Shown: one piece after another, positions 42,166 to 58,714 of the stretch | Position numbering within the stretch: the first letter of the stretch is position 1 | How the letters are laid out: each line of letters starts with the position of its first letter | From: the human T2T-CHM13v2.0 reference genome, Homo sapiens | Length of the DNA stretch: 64,000 nucleotides | Reading direction: 5' to 3' (one strand) | Assembly: GCF_009914755.1 (NCBI RefSeq) | Contig: NC_060947.1 | The notes under the pieces: generated by a model | The model's database searches: none | Told to the model about the DNA's origin: nothing | The model's input: the letters and a program-made list of their open reading frames with translations, nothing else | Translations under genes and position numbers: made by a program

Positions 42166-42540
42166 AAAGGAAATTCTATCTTTCATGACAACATCGATGG
42201 ACCTAGAAGATACTAGCTAAGTGAAATAAATCAGTTGCAGAAGGACAAATACTGCATACTTTCTCTTCTATGAGGCATCAAAAATAGTCAAACATGTAGA
42301 AGTAGAAAATAGAGTGGTGGTTACCAGGAGATGGGGATATGGGATATTAGGAGCTCTTTTTTCAGTGGTTATAAAGTTACATTTATACAAGATGAGTGCG
42401 TTCCAGAGATTTCCTGCACAACATAGTGTCTGTAGTTAACAATGAGGTATTGTGCACTTAAACATTTGTTAAAAGGGTATATGTCATGTTAACTTTTCTT
42501 ATAAAAAGAAAAGTTAAAAAACAACATTAAAAAACAACAA
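42166..42540 (+). mobile_element. 3' end of the host L1MA element begun at 25925
   Basis: Resumes at aaggaaattctatc...gacaacatcgatggacctaga; L1MA-type 3' UTR. Confidence 0.75.
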
Positions 42541-42739
42541 CAAAGGAACACAAGGAAACTTTTGCAGGTTACGGATATGTTTATTACTCTGATTGTAGTA
42601 TGGCGACATGAGTGTATACATATGTCCAAACTCATCAAATTGTACACATTAATTAGGTACAGTTTTTATATACCAGTTGTACCTCAGTAAATCTAGAAGC
42701 AGGAAGAAACCTTGTGTCACTTCATCAAAAATACATAAC

Positions 42740-43930
42740 CATCCAAATATGTTATCAGCTAATTCCAGAGATTCAAAATATATGAAGAAAATATTGACAA
42801 TAATAAAATAATAAATAGACAAATATACAAATATAACTGAAGACTTTCAACATCTTTCTGCCAAAAATTTACACAAGTAGACAAAAGAAAACCAGAAAGA
42901 ACATTTTAAAAACTAAACACTACCAACCAACTCGACCTAATTGATGTTTATAATACATTCTTTGTGAGTCCATAAGAAACATCTACCAAGATTGACTGTG
43001 TTCTAGGCTCTAAGGCATGTCTCAGTAAATATCAGAGGACTGAAATTCAGATTATATTTTCTGATCAGATCATTATTAAATGAGTTATCTATAATAATAA
43101 TATATCAAGAAATATCTATTTGGAAATTAAACAATCCACTTTTAAATAACTAATCTATTCAGGAATAAATCATAAGGAATTTATAAAATATTTTCTACTG
43201 AATTGTCATCAATTTTTTTAGGCAGATCTCAAATCAATCATCTTATGCCTTAAGACTCAAGAAAAGGAGTAGAAAATTAAACCCAAAGTAAATAAAAGAA
43301 TAAATAATTAAAGTGGTAGATGTCATAATGAGAAAATATAAAAAATAAAAAAACAAATTCAAAAGGCCATTTAAAAAATATTAGTAAAGTTTATATAACC
43401 CTAGCCAGAGTGATTAAGAACCAAAATGACTCAAAATACCAACATAAGGAATGTAAAAGTGGAAATTACTGTAGACTCTAGTGAAATTAAAGGAAAGTAA
43501 AAATATATAAAAACTGGATAACAAAAATTTGGAAAACTTGGATAAAATGAACAAAATTTCTTGAAAAATATAATTTAACAAACTTACACATGAAAATATA
43601 GAACATGTAAGTGGTCCCACATAGAACTTAGTCAAAAGCCTTCTATCCTAGTTAGCTTCACCAGTGTATTCTCTTGATAATCAAGCAGGAAAACAATGCC
43701 AATTCTACAGAATTTCTTTCAGAAAATTGAATAGAATTAAAAACTTCCCAACTCATTCTATGAGACCAGCATCAACTAGATAAAATGTTAAGTTTCTTAA
43801 GTATTTCCAAATCAAGCAATGTAATATATCTCATTAACAGAATAAAGGAATGATAGTGTAACTATCTCAGTAGATTAAGAGAAAACTTTTGACACAATTT
43901 AAGACACACACGTGATTTCTTAAAACCAAT
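42740..43930 (+). mobile_element. Very old L1 ORF2 fragment
   Basis: Degenerate A-rich L1 motifs (cttcccaactcattctatgagaccagcat). Confidence 0.65.
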
Positions 43931-44174
43931 TTCTAGATGTTAGGAGCTACTATTTGTATCTTTCTTAAAGAAAGTCTTAGTTTTAATAATCTTTTGGGGT
44001 AAATAATTTTAAGTTTACATAAAAGTTCCAAAGATAGTACAAAGAATTCTTGTATAGCCTCTACCAAGTTTCCTTTAATGTTAACATACAATGATACTTT
44101 TGTCAGAACTAAGAAATCAACATTCGTACAATACCAATAGCTATAGACGTTATCAGATTTCACTAATTTTCTAA

Positions 44175-44872
44175 TGTAGGGGCAGAAAAGGTGTGATACC
44201 TTTCTTCAACCATCATAACAGTCATGACCAACATTCTTATAACAAAGACAGATTAACAAAAGAAATGTACAACAAGTTTATTTAATCAAAGTTTTACACG
44301 ACATGGGAGAATTCAGAAATGAAGGCTCAAAGACCCAGGGAAAACTGCCCATGTTTATGCTTAGATTCTACGAATAATGGACAGCCATATGGAAACGTGA
44401 TTGGACAAAAAGGTATGACCTAATAATAATAGGCCAAGAGGGGGAACCTGGCAAGGCCTGTCCAGATTCTTCTTGGCCTCTCTGTTTAGCATTCCTTCAT
44501 CCATGGTATGGAGCAAGACCCTTCTGGAATGGAGGTCTTATGACCTACTGTCAGACAAGTTAGTTCAGAGAATTTCTTTATGGCCCGTTCTTACACAGAA
44601 AGGAGGGAGTAGGTTAGAGTAGTATTTCTAGGTTTTATGGCTGGCTTTGGGGGAGAGGAGTTGTAGTTTCTATAACTATCCTTGGGGAAGAAGAATTTTG
44701 TTTCTATGACTTGTTTGAGGGGAGAAAGAAGGGTGAGAGACAGGAGGGCAGGAGAAGGTCGGAGAGACTTTGCTTCTGCAGCTACTTCTGAGGTCTTCTG
44801 GTCTCCTTTAGTTCAAAGTACTCATCATACAAAAACACCATACTTTGGGGTATTATTTTCTGAGCCCTAACA
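44175..44872 (-). mobile_element. ERV1 MER4-group solo LTR (MER34/MER39-like)
   Basis: TG...CA ends; the reverse complement begins tgttagggctcagaaaataataccccaaagtatgg. Confidence 0.7.
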
Positions 44873-47201
44873 CCACTAATACCCTTTTACTGATAATATG
44901 CAGTATATCACATTACATTTTGTTATTGTGTCTCTGTATTCTCCTCTACTCAGTGATAGTTTTTATTGTTTCTCTTTTTTTATGGCCTTGATACAATTGA
45001 AGCATTCTGTTAAGGTAATTTGCAGCATGTTCCTCAATTTGAATATAACTGATGTTTTCTCATGATTAAATGGGGTTATAAGTTTGGGAGAAGAATATCA
45101 GAAAAGGTGAAGTTTCCTCCTTTGCATCTTTCTCTCCAGAAGCTGGAGCTTAATTTCTTCCCTAGAGTGTGGGCTGAATTTTGTGACTTGCTTCCTAACA
45201 GTAGATTATGGAAAAGGTAAATAGCAACTTTACAGTGAAGAAACATGGCAGACAACACCTTAAACAAGTGATCAATAGTAACATCATGCTTGATGTAACG
45301 CAATGAGAAGTGAACCTCTCCTTTCATGACCAGTGTTAACACATGCCCTCAATCTGAGGGACCTGAATCTAACTCCAGGTGGATAATGTCAGAATTGAAT
45401 TAAATCATAGGACACATGATTAGTGTCCACTGAAGAACTGTTTGGTGTAGGGGTAAGCCCCTACACATCTGGCCACAGAAGTGATCTGTCTTGGGAGTAT
45501 AATAGGAGAAAAAACAATTAGCTTGTTTAGTTTTTTTTTCCTACTTTACAAAATGTATTTTGTGTGATCTCTATTATCTTAAGTTTGTTAAGACTTATGG
45601 CCCGGAATGTGATGTCTCTTGATGAAGAATATATATTGTCCTGATGTTGAGTAGAGTGCTCTATAAAATGTTCAATTGGTCAAGTAGGTTAGAAGTGTCA
45701 TTCAGGTAATCTATATCTTTATAAATTTTCTGCCTACTTGTTCTATTGATTACAGAGAAATGAGTTTTAAACTCCCCAACTATTACTCTGAAATTGTCTG
45801 TTTCTCCTTTCAGATCTATCCATTTTTGTCTCATGTATTTTAAATAAAGCTCTGTTGTTAGGCACATACATTTTTAGGATTGTTATGTCTTCTTGGAGAA
45901 GCGACATCATTATCACTATGCAATGTTCCTCTTTATCTGTTATAATCTTATGTGACCTGAAGTCTACTTATCCAAAATCAATATAGCTATTCCAGTTTCC
46001 TTTTAGTGTTAGCATTGTATACCTTTCTTGATCCCTTTACTTTTAACCTAAGTCTTTATATTTAAAGTGGCTCTCTGTAGACAACAAATAGCTGGGTCTT
46101 GGCTTTTAATTCAATCTGATAATCTCTATCTTGTTTTTATTTGTAAAAATTTAAGAGGTACAAGTGCAATTTTGTTACATGGATATAGTGTATAGCAATG
46201 AAGTCTGGGCTTTCAGTGTAACCATCACCTGAACAGTGTACATTGTACCCATTAAGTAATTTCTCATTTCTCATCCCTCATCCCCCTCCCACCTTCCCAT
46301 CCTTCAAGTCTCCAATGATTATTATTTCACACTATTTGTCCATTTGTACATGTTATTTAACTCCCACTTATGAGTGAGAACATGTAGTATTTGACTTTCT
46401 GTTTCCGAATTGTTTCACTTAAGATTAGGGCCTCCAGTTCCATTCACATTGCTGCTGAAAACATGATTTTATTCTTTTTTATTGCAGAATAGTATTCCAT
46501 TATGTGTGTGTATATATATATATATGTATATGTATATATCACAGTTTTATATATGCATATATTTGTGAGATATATATGTATATATGTATGTATATATATC
46601 ACATTTTCTTTACCCAATCATCCATTGATTGACACGTAGGTTGATTCCATATCTTTGCTATTGTAAATAATGTTGTGATAAACACATGAGTGTAGGTATC
46701 TTTTTGAAATAATGGTTTCGTTTTCTTTGGGTAGATACTCAGTAGTGGGATTTTGCTGGATCAAATGATAGTTCTATTTTTAGTTTTTTGAGGAATCTCC
46801 ATGTTGTTTTCCATAAAGGCTGTACTAATTTACATTCCCACAAACAGTGTATAAGTGTTCCCTTATTTCCCATCCTCACCAACATCTGTGGGGTTTTTTT
46901 TGTCTTTTTAATAATAGCTATTCTAAGTAGTGTAAGGTGATACCTCATTATGATTTTAATTTGCATTTCTCTGATGATTAGTGATGTTGAGCATTTTTTC
47001 ATAAGCTTATTGGCCATTTTTATGTTTTCTTTTAAAAATGTGTGTTCATATCCTTTGTCCACTTTTTAATGGAGTTATTTGGGGGTTTATGTTAAGTTGA
47101 GTTCCTTGTAAATTCTGGATATCTGTCCCCTGTCAGATTCATAGTTTGCAGTTTTCTCCCATTCTGCAAATTGTCTGTTCACTTTGTGGATTATTTCTTT
47201 T

Positions 47202-49280
47202 TTTTTTTTCCTTTTTTTTTTTTTTTTTTTGCTTTCTTGATTTTATTTCAAAAGTACACAAGGTCACAAAACTAGAGCAAGTTGTTTTTCTTAACAAATT
47301 TTGTTCTTACAAATTTCAAAATCTGCACCATTGGATATATAAGCCAAAAATCATATATACAAAATCTGAAACTGACACTGTCAATTCTATACTTTGCACA
47401 CGTGAAGTGTCAAAATATTTTTCTCAGTAGTACAAGTGTATTTATCACTAAAATTCACAATTAGGGAAAAGAATAAGTGAATCAATGAACTGTGGTTCTC
47501 TTAAAACTTGTGTCATTAAATATGTTAGCAGAAAACACAAAGTTCTGTTTTGTTGGAACTTTTAGTCTCGATGACTAAAACCAAACCCAACGGATATGTA
47601 CTATATTCTTAAATTATAAAATAAGATAAATTATAATAGTTAACCTTAATGAATAAGAGGCTAGTTGTTGCGGGAAGTCAGGGACCCCAAACGGAGGGAC
47701 CAGCTGAAGCCATGGCAGAAGAATATGGATTGTGAAGATTTCATGGACATTTATTAATTCCCCAAATTAATACTTTTATAATTTCTTATGCCTGTCTTTA
47801 CTGCAATCTCTAAACAAATTGTGAAGATTTCATGGACACTTATCACTTCCCCAATCAATACCCTTGTGATTTCCTATGCCTGTCTTTACTTTAATCTCTT
47901 AATCCTGTCATCTGGTAAGCCGAGGAGGATGTATGTCGCCTCAGGACCCTGTGATAATTGCGTTAACTGCACAAATTGTAGAGCATGTGTGTTTAAACAA
48001 TATGAAATCTGGGCACCTTGAAAAAAGAACAGGATAACAGCAATGTTTAGGAAACAAGAGAGATAACCTTAAACTCTGACCGCCGGTGAGCCGGGCGGAA
48101 CAGAGCCATATTTCTCTTCTTTCAAAAGCAAATGGGAGAAATATCGCTGAATTCTTTTTCTCAGCAAGGAACATCCCTGGGAAAGAGAATACATGCCTGG
48201 GGGTGGGTCTATAGATGGCCCCCTTGGGTGTGGCCGTCTTCTATGGTCGAAACTGTAGGGGTGAAATAAACCCCAGTCTCCCATAGTGCTCCCAGGCTTA
48301 TTAGGAAGAGGAAATTCCCGCCTAATAAATTTTGGTCAGACCAGTTGCTCTCAAAACGCTGTCTCCTGATAAGATGTTATCAATGACAATGGTGCCCGAA
48401 ACCTCATTAGCAATTTTAATTTCGCCCCAGTCCTGTGGTCCTGTGATCTTGCCCTGCCTCCATTTGCCTTGTGATATTCTGTTACCTTGTGAAGTACCTG
48501 ATCTTTGTGACCCACACCCTATTCGTACACTCCCTCCCCTTTTGAAAGTCCCTAATAAAAACTTGCTGGTTTTGCAGCTTGTGGGGCATCACGGAACCTA
48601 CTGACATGTGATATCTCCCCTGGACGCCCAGCTTTAAAATTTCTCTCTTCTGTACTCTGTCCCTTTATTTCTCAAACCGGCTGATGCTTAGGGAAAATAG
48701 AAAAGAACCTACGTGACTATCGGGGCAGGTTCCCCGATAGCTGGTATTATCTGCTATAAGATAAATGATCAGCCTTCCCTAAAGATAAACTGAACCACAA
48801 TTCACAAATTTGTTTATTATTCTTCCCTGCTTCTATAACATTTACAAAAATAATTTGTCCTCAGTTATGGCCTATTTTAGTGTTAAAATAGGTAAATGAG
48901 TAAGAAATCCTATTGCAGAACATAATGCCTTTATTGCTGGAATATCCAAAGGCATTCAAAATATTAAAACTTGCCCAGAACATTTACACTACTAAACACA
49001 GGAATGTTATAAAGATATATGTACATATATATATAATATATAATGTCACAAGCCACTAAGAAGTTAAAATTCTGCCAACATTTTATACAAACTACTCTTT
49101 ATGTGACACATCAAAGCATTAACCATGTAAAATATGAACTTTTTCTGTTCCCACTTGAATAAGGCATCTGAAAGCCCTAAACACTGCTGAAGTGAAAATT
49201 AGAAGAAAAAACACTTAACATTCACATAACACCAAATGTACATGCTGCACGCACACAAAAGACACTTAGAATATTTTTAA
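47202..49280 (-). pseudogene. Processed retrocopy of an unidentified mRNA 3' UTR, split by MER11
   Basis: Poly(T) at 47202-47230 on +, AATAAA on - at 47242-47247, 13-bp TSD GATTATTTCTTTT at 47189 and 49281. The host L1 resumes after the right TSD; the insert resembles no repeat I recognise. Confidence 0.8.
47666..48739 (+). mobile_element. MER11 (HERV-K11/HML-8) solo LTR, MER11C-like
   Basis: tgttgcgggaagtcagggacccc...caggttccccgata, 1074 bp; 6-bp TSD gctagt/gctggt. Confidence 0.92.
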
Positions 49281-51417
49281 GATTATTTCTTTTGCTATGT
49301 AGAAGCTCTTTAGTTTAATTAAGTCCCATTGTCTACTTTTGGTTTTGTTGCTTGTGCTTTTAAGGTCTTAATCTCCATCTTTTAATTGGTATATTTAGAT
49401 CATTCACATTTGCAGTGGTATTGATACAGTTGGATTAAAATATATAACCTTTCTAGATCTTTACTATTTGTTTCATTTGTTTTTTGTTTCTTTTTTCCTT
49501 TTATGTCTACCTTCTCTGGGTTTAATTGATGTGTTTATGACTTTTCTATATGCTTTATTGAATTATTATTTATACCTCTATTTTGCTTTTTACATGATTG
49601 TTCTTACATTTGCAATGAACATTTTTAAATAACCTAAGTCCAATTTCAAATACTATTATATGAATTTTTGTGTAGTGTAAGAACCTTATAACAGTACATT
49701 CCTATTGTCCCCTCTCATACCTTGTGGCATTACGTTTCATTTTTACATAAGCTATCAACACATAGTATTTTGTTACTATTGTTTTAAATAATCTGTCCTA
49801 TTTTCTAGTAAATAGAAGGAAGATTATATTTTATCCTCATGTATTATTCCGTTTTCAATGTTCTAGATTTCTTTGTGTAGATCCAAGTTTCTGGCCTTAT
49901 CATTTTCCTTTTGCCTGAAGAATTTATTTTAACATTTCTACAAATGGTCTGCTAACAATAAATTATCTCAACTTACATTTATCTGAGAAAGCCTTTATTT
50001 CTCTTTTACTTTTGAAGAATAGTTTCACGAGAGATAGAATTCTGGGTTGAAAGGGTTTTTTTTTTCTTTCAGCACTTTAAATATGTAACTTCATTGTCTT
50101 CTGGCTTGCATGATTTCTGATGAGAAGTCTGCTGTAATTATTATTATAGTTTCTCTATAGATAATGTGCCCCTTCCCATCCATTGGCTACCTTCGAGAAT
50201 GTCTTTCTTTGGTTCTCAAAAACTTGAATATGACTTGACTGTATGTGGTTTTATTTTGCTATCTATCCTGTTTGATGTTTTCTGAGCTTCTTGGACCCAT
50301 GTGGGGAGGGGTTATTTGTCATTAATTTTGGAAAATTTGGGGCTATTTTTCTGCTCAAATTTATCTTATGGCCCTTTCCTTCTCTTTCTAAGACTTCAAT
50401 TATGCATATATTAACCTATTTGATATTGTCTAATAGATGTTGGAAGCTCTATTCTGCTTTGTTTTCACTCTTTATTCTGTTTCAGTTTATGAAATTTTGC
50501 ATGATACTTTTTCAAGTTCAGTGCTTCTTCCCTTGGCTATATTAAGTCTACTGATATACCCACTGAAGGCATTCTTCATCTTTGCTACTATGTTTCTTAT
50601 TTCTACCATTTACATTTGACCTGTTCTCATCATTTTCATCTCTCTGCTAAAATAATCTGTCTGACCTTGCATGCTGTCTACATTTCTCATTAGAGATTTT
50701 GATACATTTAAATCACAGTTACTTTTAATTCTTTGATAGTTAGAACATGTGTTTCATACCTGAGTCTGGTTCTAATTATTGCTTTGATTCTTCAGAATGT
50801 GAGATATTTGTATACCTCATAATTTTTGTTAAAAGCAGGACATGTGTATAGGACAGGAGATACAAACATAAATATTACATTTTATGCTTGGACATGAGTA
50901 TGGCTTTCATTTTGCTAGAATTTTATTATGGGGAGTTTGCTAATATAGTAAGGAGTTGACCTGGGCATTTGAAGTTCCTTGTTGCAATGGTTACTCTACA
51001 TGAACCAGAGATTTAAGATTGATACATTGAGACACTTTCTGGGGGAAGCAGGACAAAGGGAAGATGCAAAGAAAAGGGGAGTAGGGAGACAATAACAAGA
51101 CAAAAAATTTCTCCTCCTGCTCCTTCCCAAGGAGTAGCACTGCTTTTCTTTTTTCTATGTTCCCCTCCTACAGCTAGGTTACAGTTTTGATACCTCTTTC
51201 CCTATAGATTAAATCTTTTGTACTGTAAGGAAAATAGGGAAGACGAGTCAGCTGGAACTTTTGGTAGGGGCTTCTCTTTCTCTCTCCCAGCAAGCTCTAT
51301 TGGTGTTCGTTCTAAGGATCCTCTCAGATCTTTTTGTGGGCATCTAGAGAGGTTCTTGGAGAAAAAGCTCAGGAGACAATGTGAGACCCCTCCAGGGACT
51401 TCATACTCTCCTAGTAG

Positions 51418-52331
<914 letters not shown>

Positions 52332-52662
52332 GCTTACATGGCATTTGGGCAGTGTCTGTCCCATGCAAGCAAATGCTCATGTCCTCTTTCCACCTGCGAG
52401 CACCTGAGTTTCACTAATTTTTGTGTTAAATGTATTTCATGAGACCTCCGTTCTCTGAAGTGTTCCCAAGAAGTCATTACTTTGCAGTTTTTCCACCTCT
52501 TTTTCTTGTTTTATGAGTAGGAATGATGCTCCTGACATCTATGGGCATTTCTGAGCTCAAACCATAAGCACTCAGCAAAAATCTTTTTAAAAGATGGTGC
52601 TGATCAGTTGAATATCAATATGAAAAGAAATTTGATCCTTGATCCCTATCAGACTTCATATA

Positions 52663-53022
52663 TGGTCCTTCACCAAATAGCAATATTTCAGTCAATGACA
52701 GACCACATATATAATGGTGGTCCCATAAGATTGTAATACAGTATTTTTATTGTACCTTTTATATGTTTATATAGTTTTATGTATACAGATACTTACCATT
52801 GTGCCACAATCAGTTATAATATTCAGTATAGTATCATACTGTACAGGTGTGTAGCCCAGGAACAATATGGCTAGGTATATAGCAAGCTATATAGTCTAGG
52901 TGTGTAGTAGGTTATACCATCTAGGGTCATGTGAGTACACTCTATGATATTTGCACAATTATGAATTTGCCTAACAATGCATTTCTCAGAACATATCCCC
53001 ATCATTAAACAATACACGATTG
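52663..53022. mobile_element. Tigger3a-like DNA transposon
   Basis: gacagaccacatatataatggtggtcccataagatt...catttctcagaacatatcccc. Confidence 0.75.
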
Positions 53023-53933
53023 TACATCCTTATCTTATTACTGTCCACTGTTTGGGCCTCTTGAAGACACCAATCTGGCAAGCTACTCTACATGCTCTTA
53101 AAAGTTCTACTGGCTTTTTCTCACTCCAGTAAAGTTCCTTCTCCTATTATTGTTCTGATACCTTGTCCACCATTGCACAGACTCATCACATAACTCTAGC
53201 AGCTAGTGATCTTTGTTCACCAAACAAGGACATGTCCTATTATGGAATTTAGTTTCTTTAAATTTATTTGTCTACACAGATCTTTCGTGTCTTTACAAAT
53301 GAGTACTTTTTTGAGTTTTCTTTTATTTTGTCAGTTTTTTGTCTTAGTTGATACAATTGTCACAATGGTCTGTCATGATATTCTACCTCTGAAATGGAAG
53401 TGACACATCTATTAATAGTTATTTAAATGGTATGTTCAAAGAAGGTACATTAAGGACTGCCTGACACAAGTCATTTCTAACTAAAAGCCACCACAAATTA
53501 TTCCTGACTAGATGCCTTCATGTTTATTTTTTGAAAAAAAATCAAAATAATACTCCATAAAACCTGTTGTAAATTTTATATTCTATGTATTACTGACATA
53601 TTTGGATATTTGTACATAATCTTTAACTATATATTTATTAATGCCTGTATACTACAATGCCATATGGATGTACCATAATTTATTTAAACACTCCCCTGTT
53701 GGTGGTCATTTAGATTTTTCTCCTGGTGATAAGTATGTTTGAGCAATAGCTACACACAATATAATTGGTTAGGTAGTTTTTTAAAGCACAGACATGTTCT
53801 TAATTATTCTTGAAGATTATATTTTATGTTAGAAGAATTTTAAAGGACTAAATTAATGTAGTTAGTAGAAAAACTCTTAGTCAATAAAATATGAGGAGAC
53901 AGAGATGAGATTTAAAAAAAAAAAAGAAGACTA

Positions 53934-54269
<336 letters not shown>

Positions 54270-54668
54270 CTAAGGATATAGCTGGAATCTGAGAGAGTGG
54301 GGGACACGTTTCATGTAAAACTGAAGGGACGAATCTACTTCAGGTTTTTCCATTTATGAGAACCACCTCCTCACCTCTCCCCACCCACCCCCAAGGACAC
54401 ATTTGCTGTTGAAATTATATGAGGCAAATCCAGCCACAAGTTAAATAAGTAGAAATGAAGAGCAGAGATACAGGGCTTTTATGAATTTTAACTAGGGGGA
54501 GAATTTGGGAGATGTTTGACTAGAGAATAAAGGAATAAAGTGTGACATTCTATGGAGAAGGGCTTGAAGCTAAACACAAGATGTATTTTGAACCTGCAAA
54601 CTTGAGAAATTCTTGATCTTTGTATCTGCCTGTCATCTCCCCAGCTGCAATGAGTAGGATCAAGGTAA

Positions 54669-54999
<331 letters not shown>

Positions 55000-55319
55000 A
55001 ACCAAGTCTTTCTTAAGTCCAAACTGCATATTTCTATTATATTTAGAAGAGAATAACAGGAGAGCGGAGAGAAGAGGGAAAGCCTGGGTGCAGGTATATC
55101 TGGGAGTGGGTGGTGGCTTATTTGTTTTGATGGGAGTTGTCAGCTGTTCTCAGACCACTATCTTGACTTATCTTCTTGCCTCTTGCTGCTGCCAAAGATC
55201 ACCAATTTACTCAGAGTTAGTTGAATGGGAATACCTCGGAAGTCTTAGACAAACAATTTATAATATCTTATTTCAAATACTGTTGTAATGGGCATACTGT
55301 ACATAAAATTCTTATTAGG

Positions 55320-55559
55320 CCAGGGAGGCTGAGGTGGGAGGATCACTTAAGACCAGGAGTTTAATACCAGCCTTATCAACATAGTGAGACCCCGTCTCTA
55401 CAATAAATAAATAGCCAGGCAAGGTGGCACACACCTGTAGTCCTAGCTACTCGGGAGGCTGATGTGGGAGTATCGCTTGAGCCCTGAAAATTAAGGCTGT
55501 CATGAGCTATGATCATGCAACTATACTCCAGCCCAGGTGACAAAGTGAGACCCTGTCTC

Positions 55560-55590
<31 letters not shown>

Positions 55591-55600
55591 AAATACATAC
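55320..55600 (+). mobile_element. AluJ, 5'-truncated, (TAAA)n tail
   Basis: gaggctgaggtgggaggatcactt...gtgagaccctgtctct. Confidence 0.88.
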
Positions 55601-55799
55601 ATATAAATATAAATTCTCATTAATCTCTGATTTTTTCCTTAGGATTAATCTCCAGAAGTTGTGCTACCAGGTTATTTTCTCCTATATTGCCAAATTTCAC
55701 TGTAGGTTCTTCTTTTAATGACCAACTCCCAGAAGTTTCTACATGATTTATTTTCCCTAAATAGGGCGTAAATCATGAGAACATTACAAAAGAGGACAG

Positions 55800-57088
<1,289 letters not shown>

Positions 57089-58104
57089 GAATACTAAAGC
57101 TGAAAGGTTCACATTACCAGATAGCAAGGCTTATTTAAAAACTGTAGTAATTAAGAGACTGTATTATGGGTAAAAGAATAAAAACTAGACCAAACGAACA
57201 GGCTAGACAGCCCAGAAACACACATACACATATATGGTCACTTGATTTATGACACAGTACCATAACACTGCAGTGGCAAAAAGTATTTCTAATTGTGCTT
57301 TGTCAATTGGATATTGCTATGGAAAAAAAGCAAATCTTAACTCCTTCTGCATAACATACAAAATAATCAGTTCTAGAAGTATTTTAGATCTAAATGTGAG
57401 AGGTAAAGTAATAAATATTTTAGAGGAAAACATAGAAGAAAATGACCATAAACTTGCAGTATCAAATGTGTCTTTTAAAATTTCTGTATTCCTTTTATTT
57501 ATTCATTTTTAAATCTTCGACACAATTTAACCTCCAGAAAAGTTACGAGAACAACACTAAAAGGCCTATATACATCTTAATATTATATTATGTCATTTCC
57601 TAAATTCTCCTCTCTCTTTAATTCTCTATATATCTCTATATATTTTTTCTGAAGCCTTTGAGAGTAAGTTGCAGGCATGATGTCCTTTTATCTCTAAATA
57701 TTTTATTGCATATTTTCTTAAAAACTAGGAAATTCTCTTTTCTAATCACAGTTCAATTAGAAAAATCAGACAACTAATATTGATGTAATAATATCTAATA
57801 ATAGAACTTATATTTTATAACTTCAAATGAATCCATTTTTATGGCCTCTGGATTTTCGATGTTAGTTGGAAATCCTTTCACTATACACACGTTAAAGAGG
57901 AATTTATACACATTCTTCTGGTATTTATATGATCATTTTTTATCTATTTGGCAAAACCAGTCATCTAAGCAAAATTTATTAAACAGTTGATCTTTTAGCC
58001 ATTTGAAATGCCAGCTTCATCTCATACTGAAATTCTACATGTACTTTTATTTAATGGATAGTCTTAAAGGGCTAGTCCCCCTCCCCCCTTGCAGCTTTTT
58101 CTTT

Positions 58105-58232
58105 TTTCCTTTTTAAAAGACTGGGATCTCATTATATGGTCCAGGCTGGACTTGAACTCCTGGGCTCAAGCAATCTTTCTGCCTCGGCTTCCCAAGTAGG
58201 TAGGATTACAGGTACATGCCACCATGCCCAGC
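58105..58232 (-). mobile_element. FLAM/Alu monomer
   Basis: ccaggctggacttgaactcctgggctcaagcaatc...ggattacaggt. Confidence 0.85.
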
Positions 58233-58487
58233 TGTAGCTTTTTCTTTTAGCGTGTATTATTGTATATTATGTTTATTTTTCCATATGGAGTTTTATACCA
58301 AAATGTCTGGATCCATCAAAATGGTGATTGACATTTTTAATTGAGATTGAGTGAAATTTACAAATTAACTTACAGAAAAATTATAATTTTATGATGCTGA
58401 ATAATTCTATCCAAGAAAATGTGAAGTCTTTCCATTTATTCAAGTTTACTTGTGTCTTTCACAAGTATTGAAATTTTAATTAATTAT

Positions 58488-58714
58488 TATTTTTTTGTGA
58501 CGGAGTCTCACTCTGTCACCCAGGCTGGGGTGCCATGGCACAATCTGGGCTCACTGCAACCTCTACCTCCCAGGTTCAAGCGATTCTCCAGGGTAGTAGA
58601 GATGGGGTTTCACCATGTTAGCTAGGCTGGTCTCCAGCTGCTGACCTCTAGTGATCCACCGGCCTCAGCCTCCCAAAGTGCTGGGATTACAGGCGTGAGC
58701 CACTGTGCCTGGCC
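58488..58714 (-). mobile_element. AluS with internal deletion
   Basis: Jumps from gcgattctcc directly to gtagagatgggg. Confidence 0.88.
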
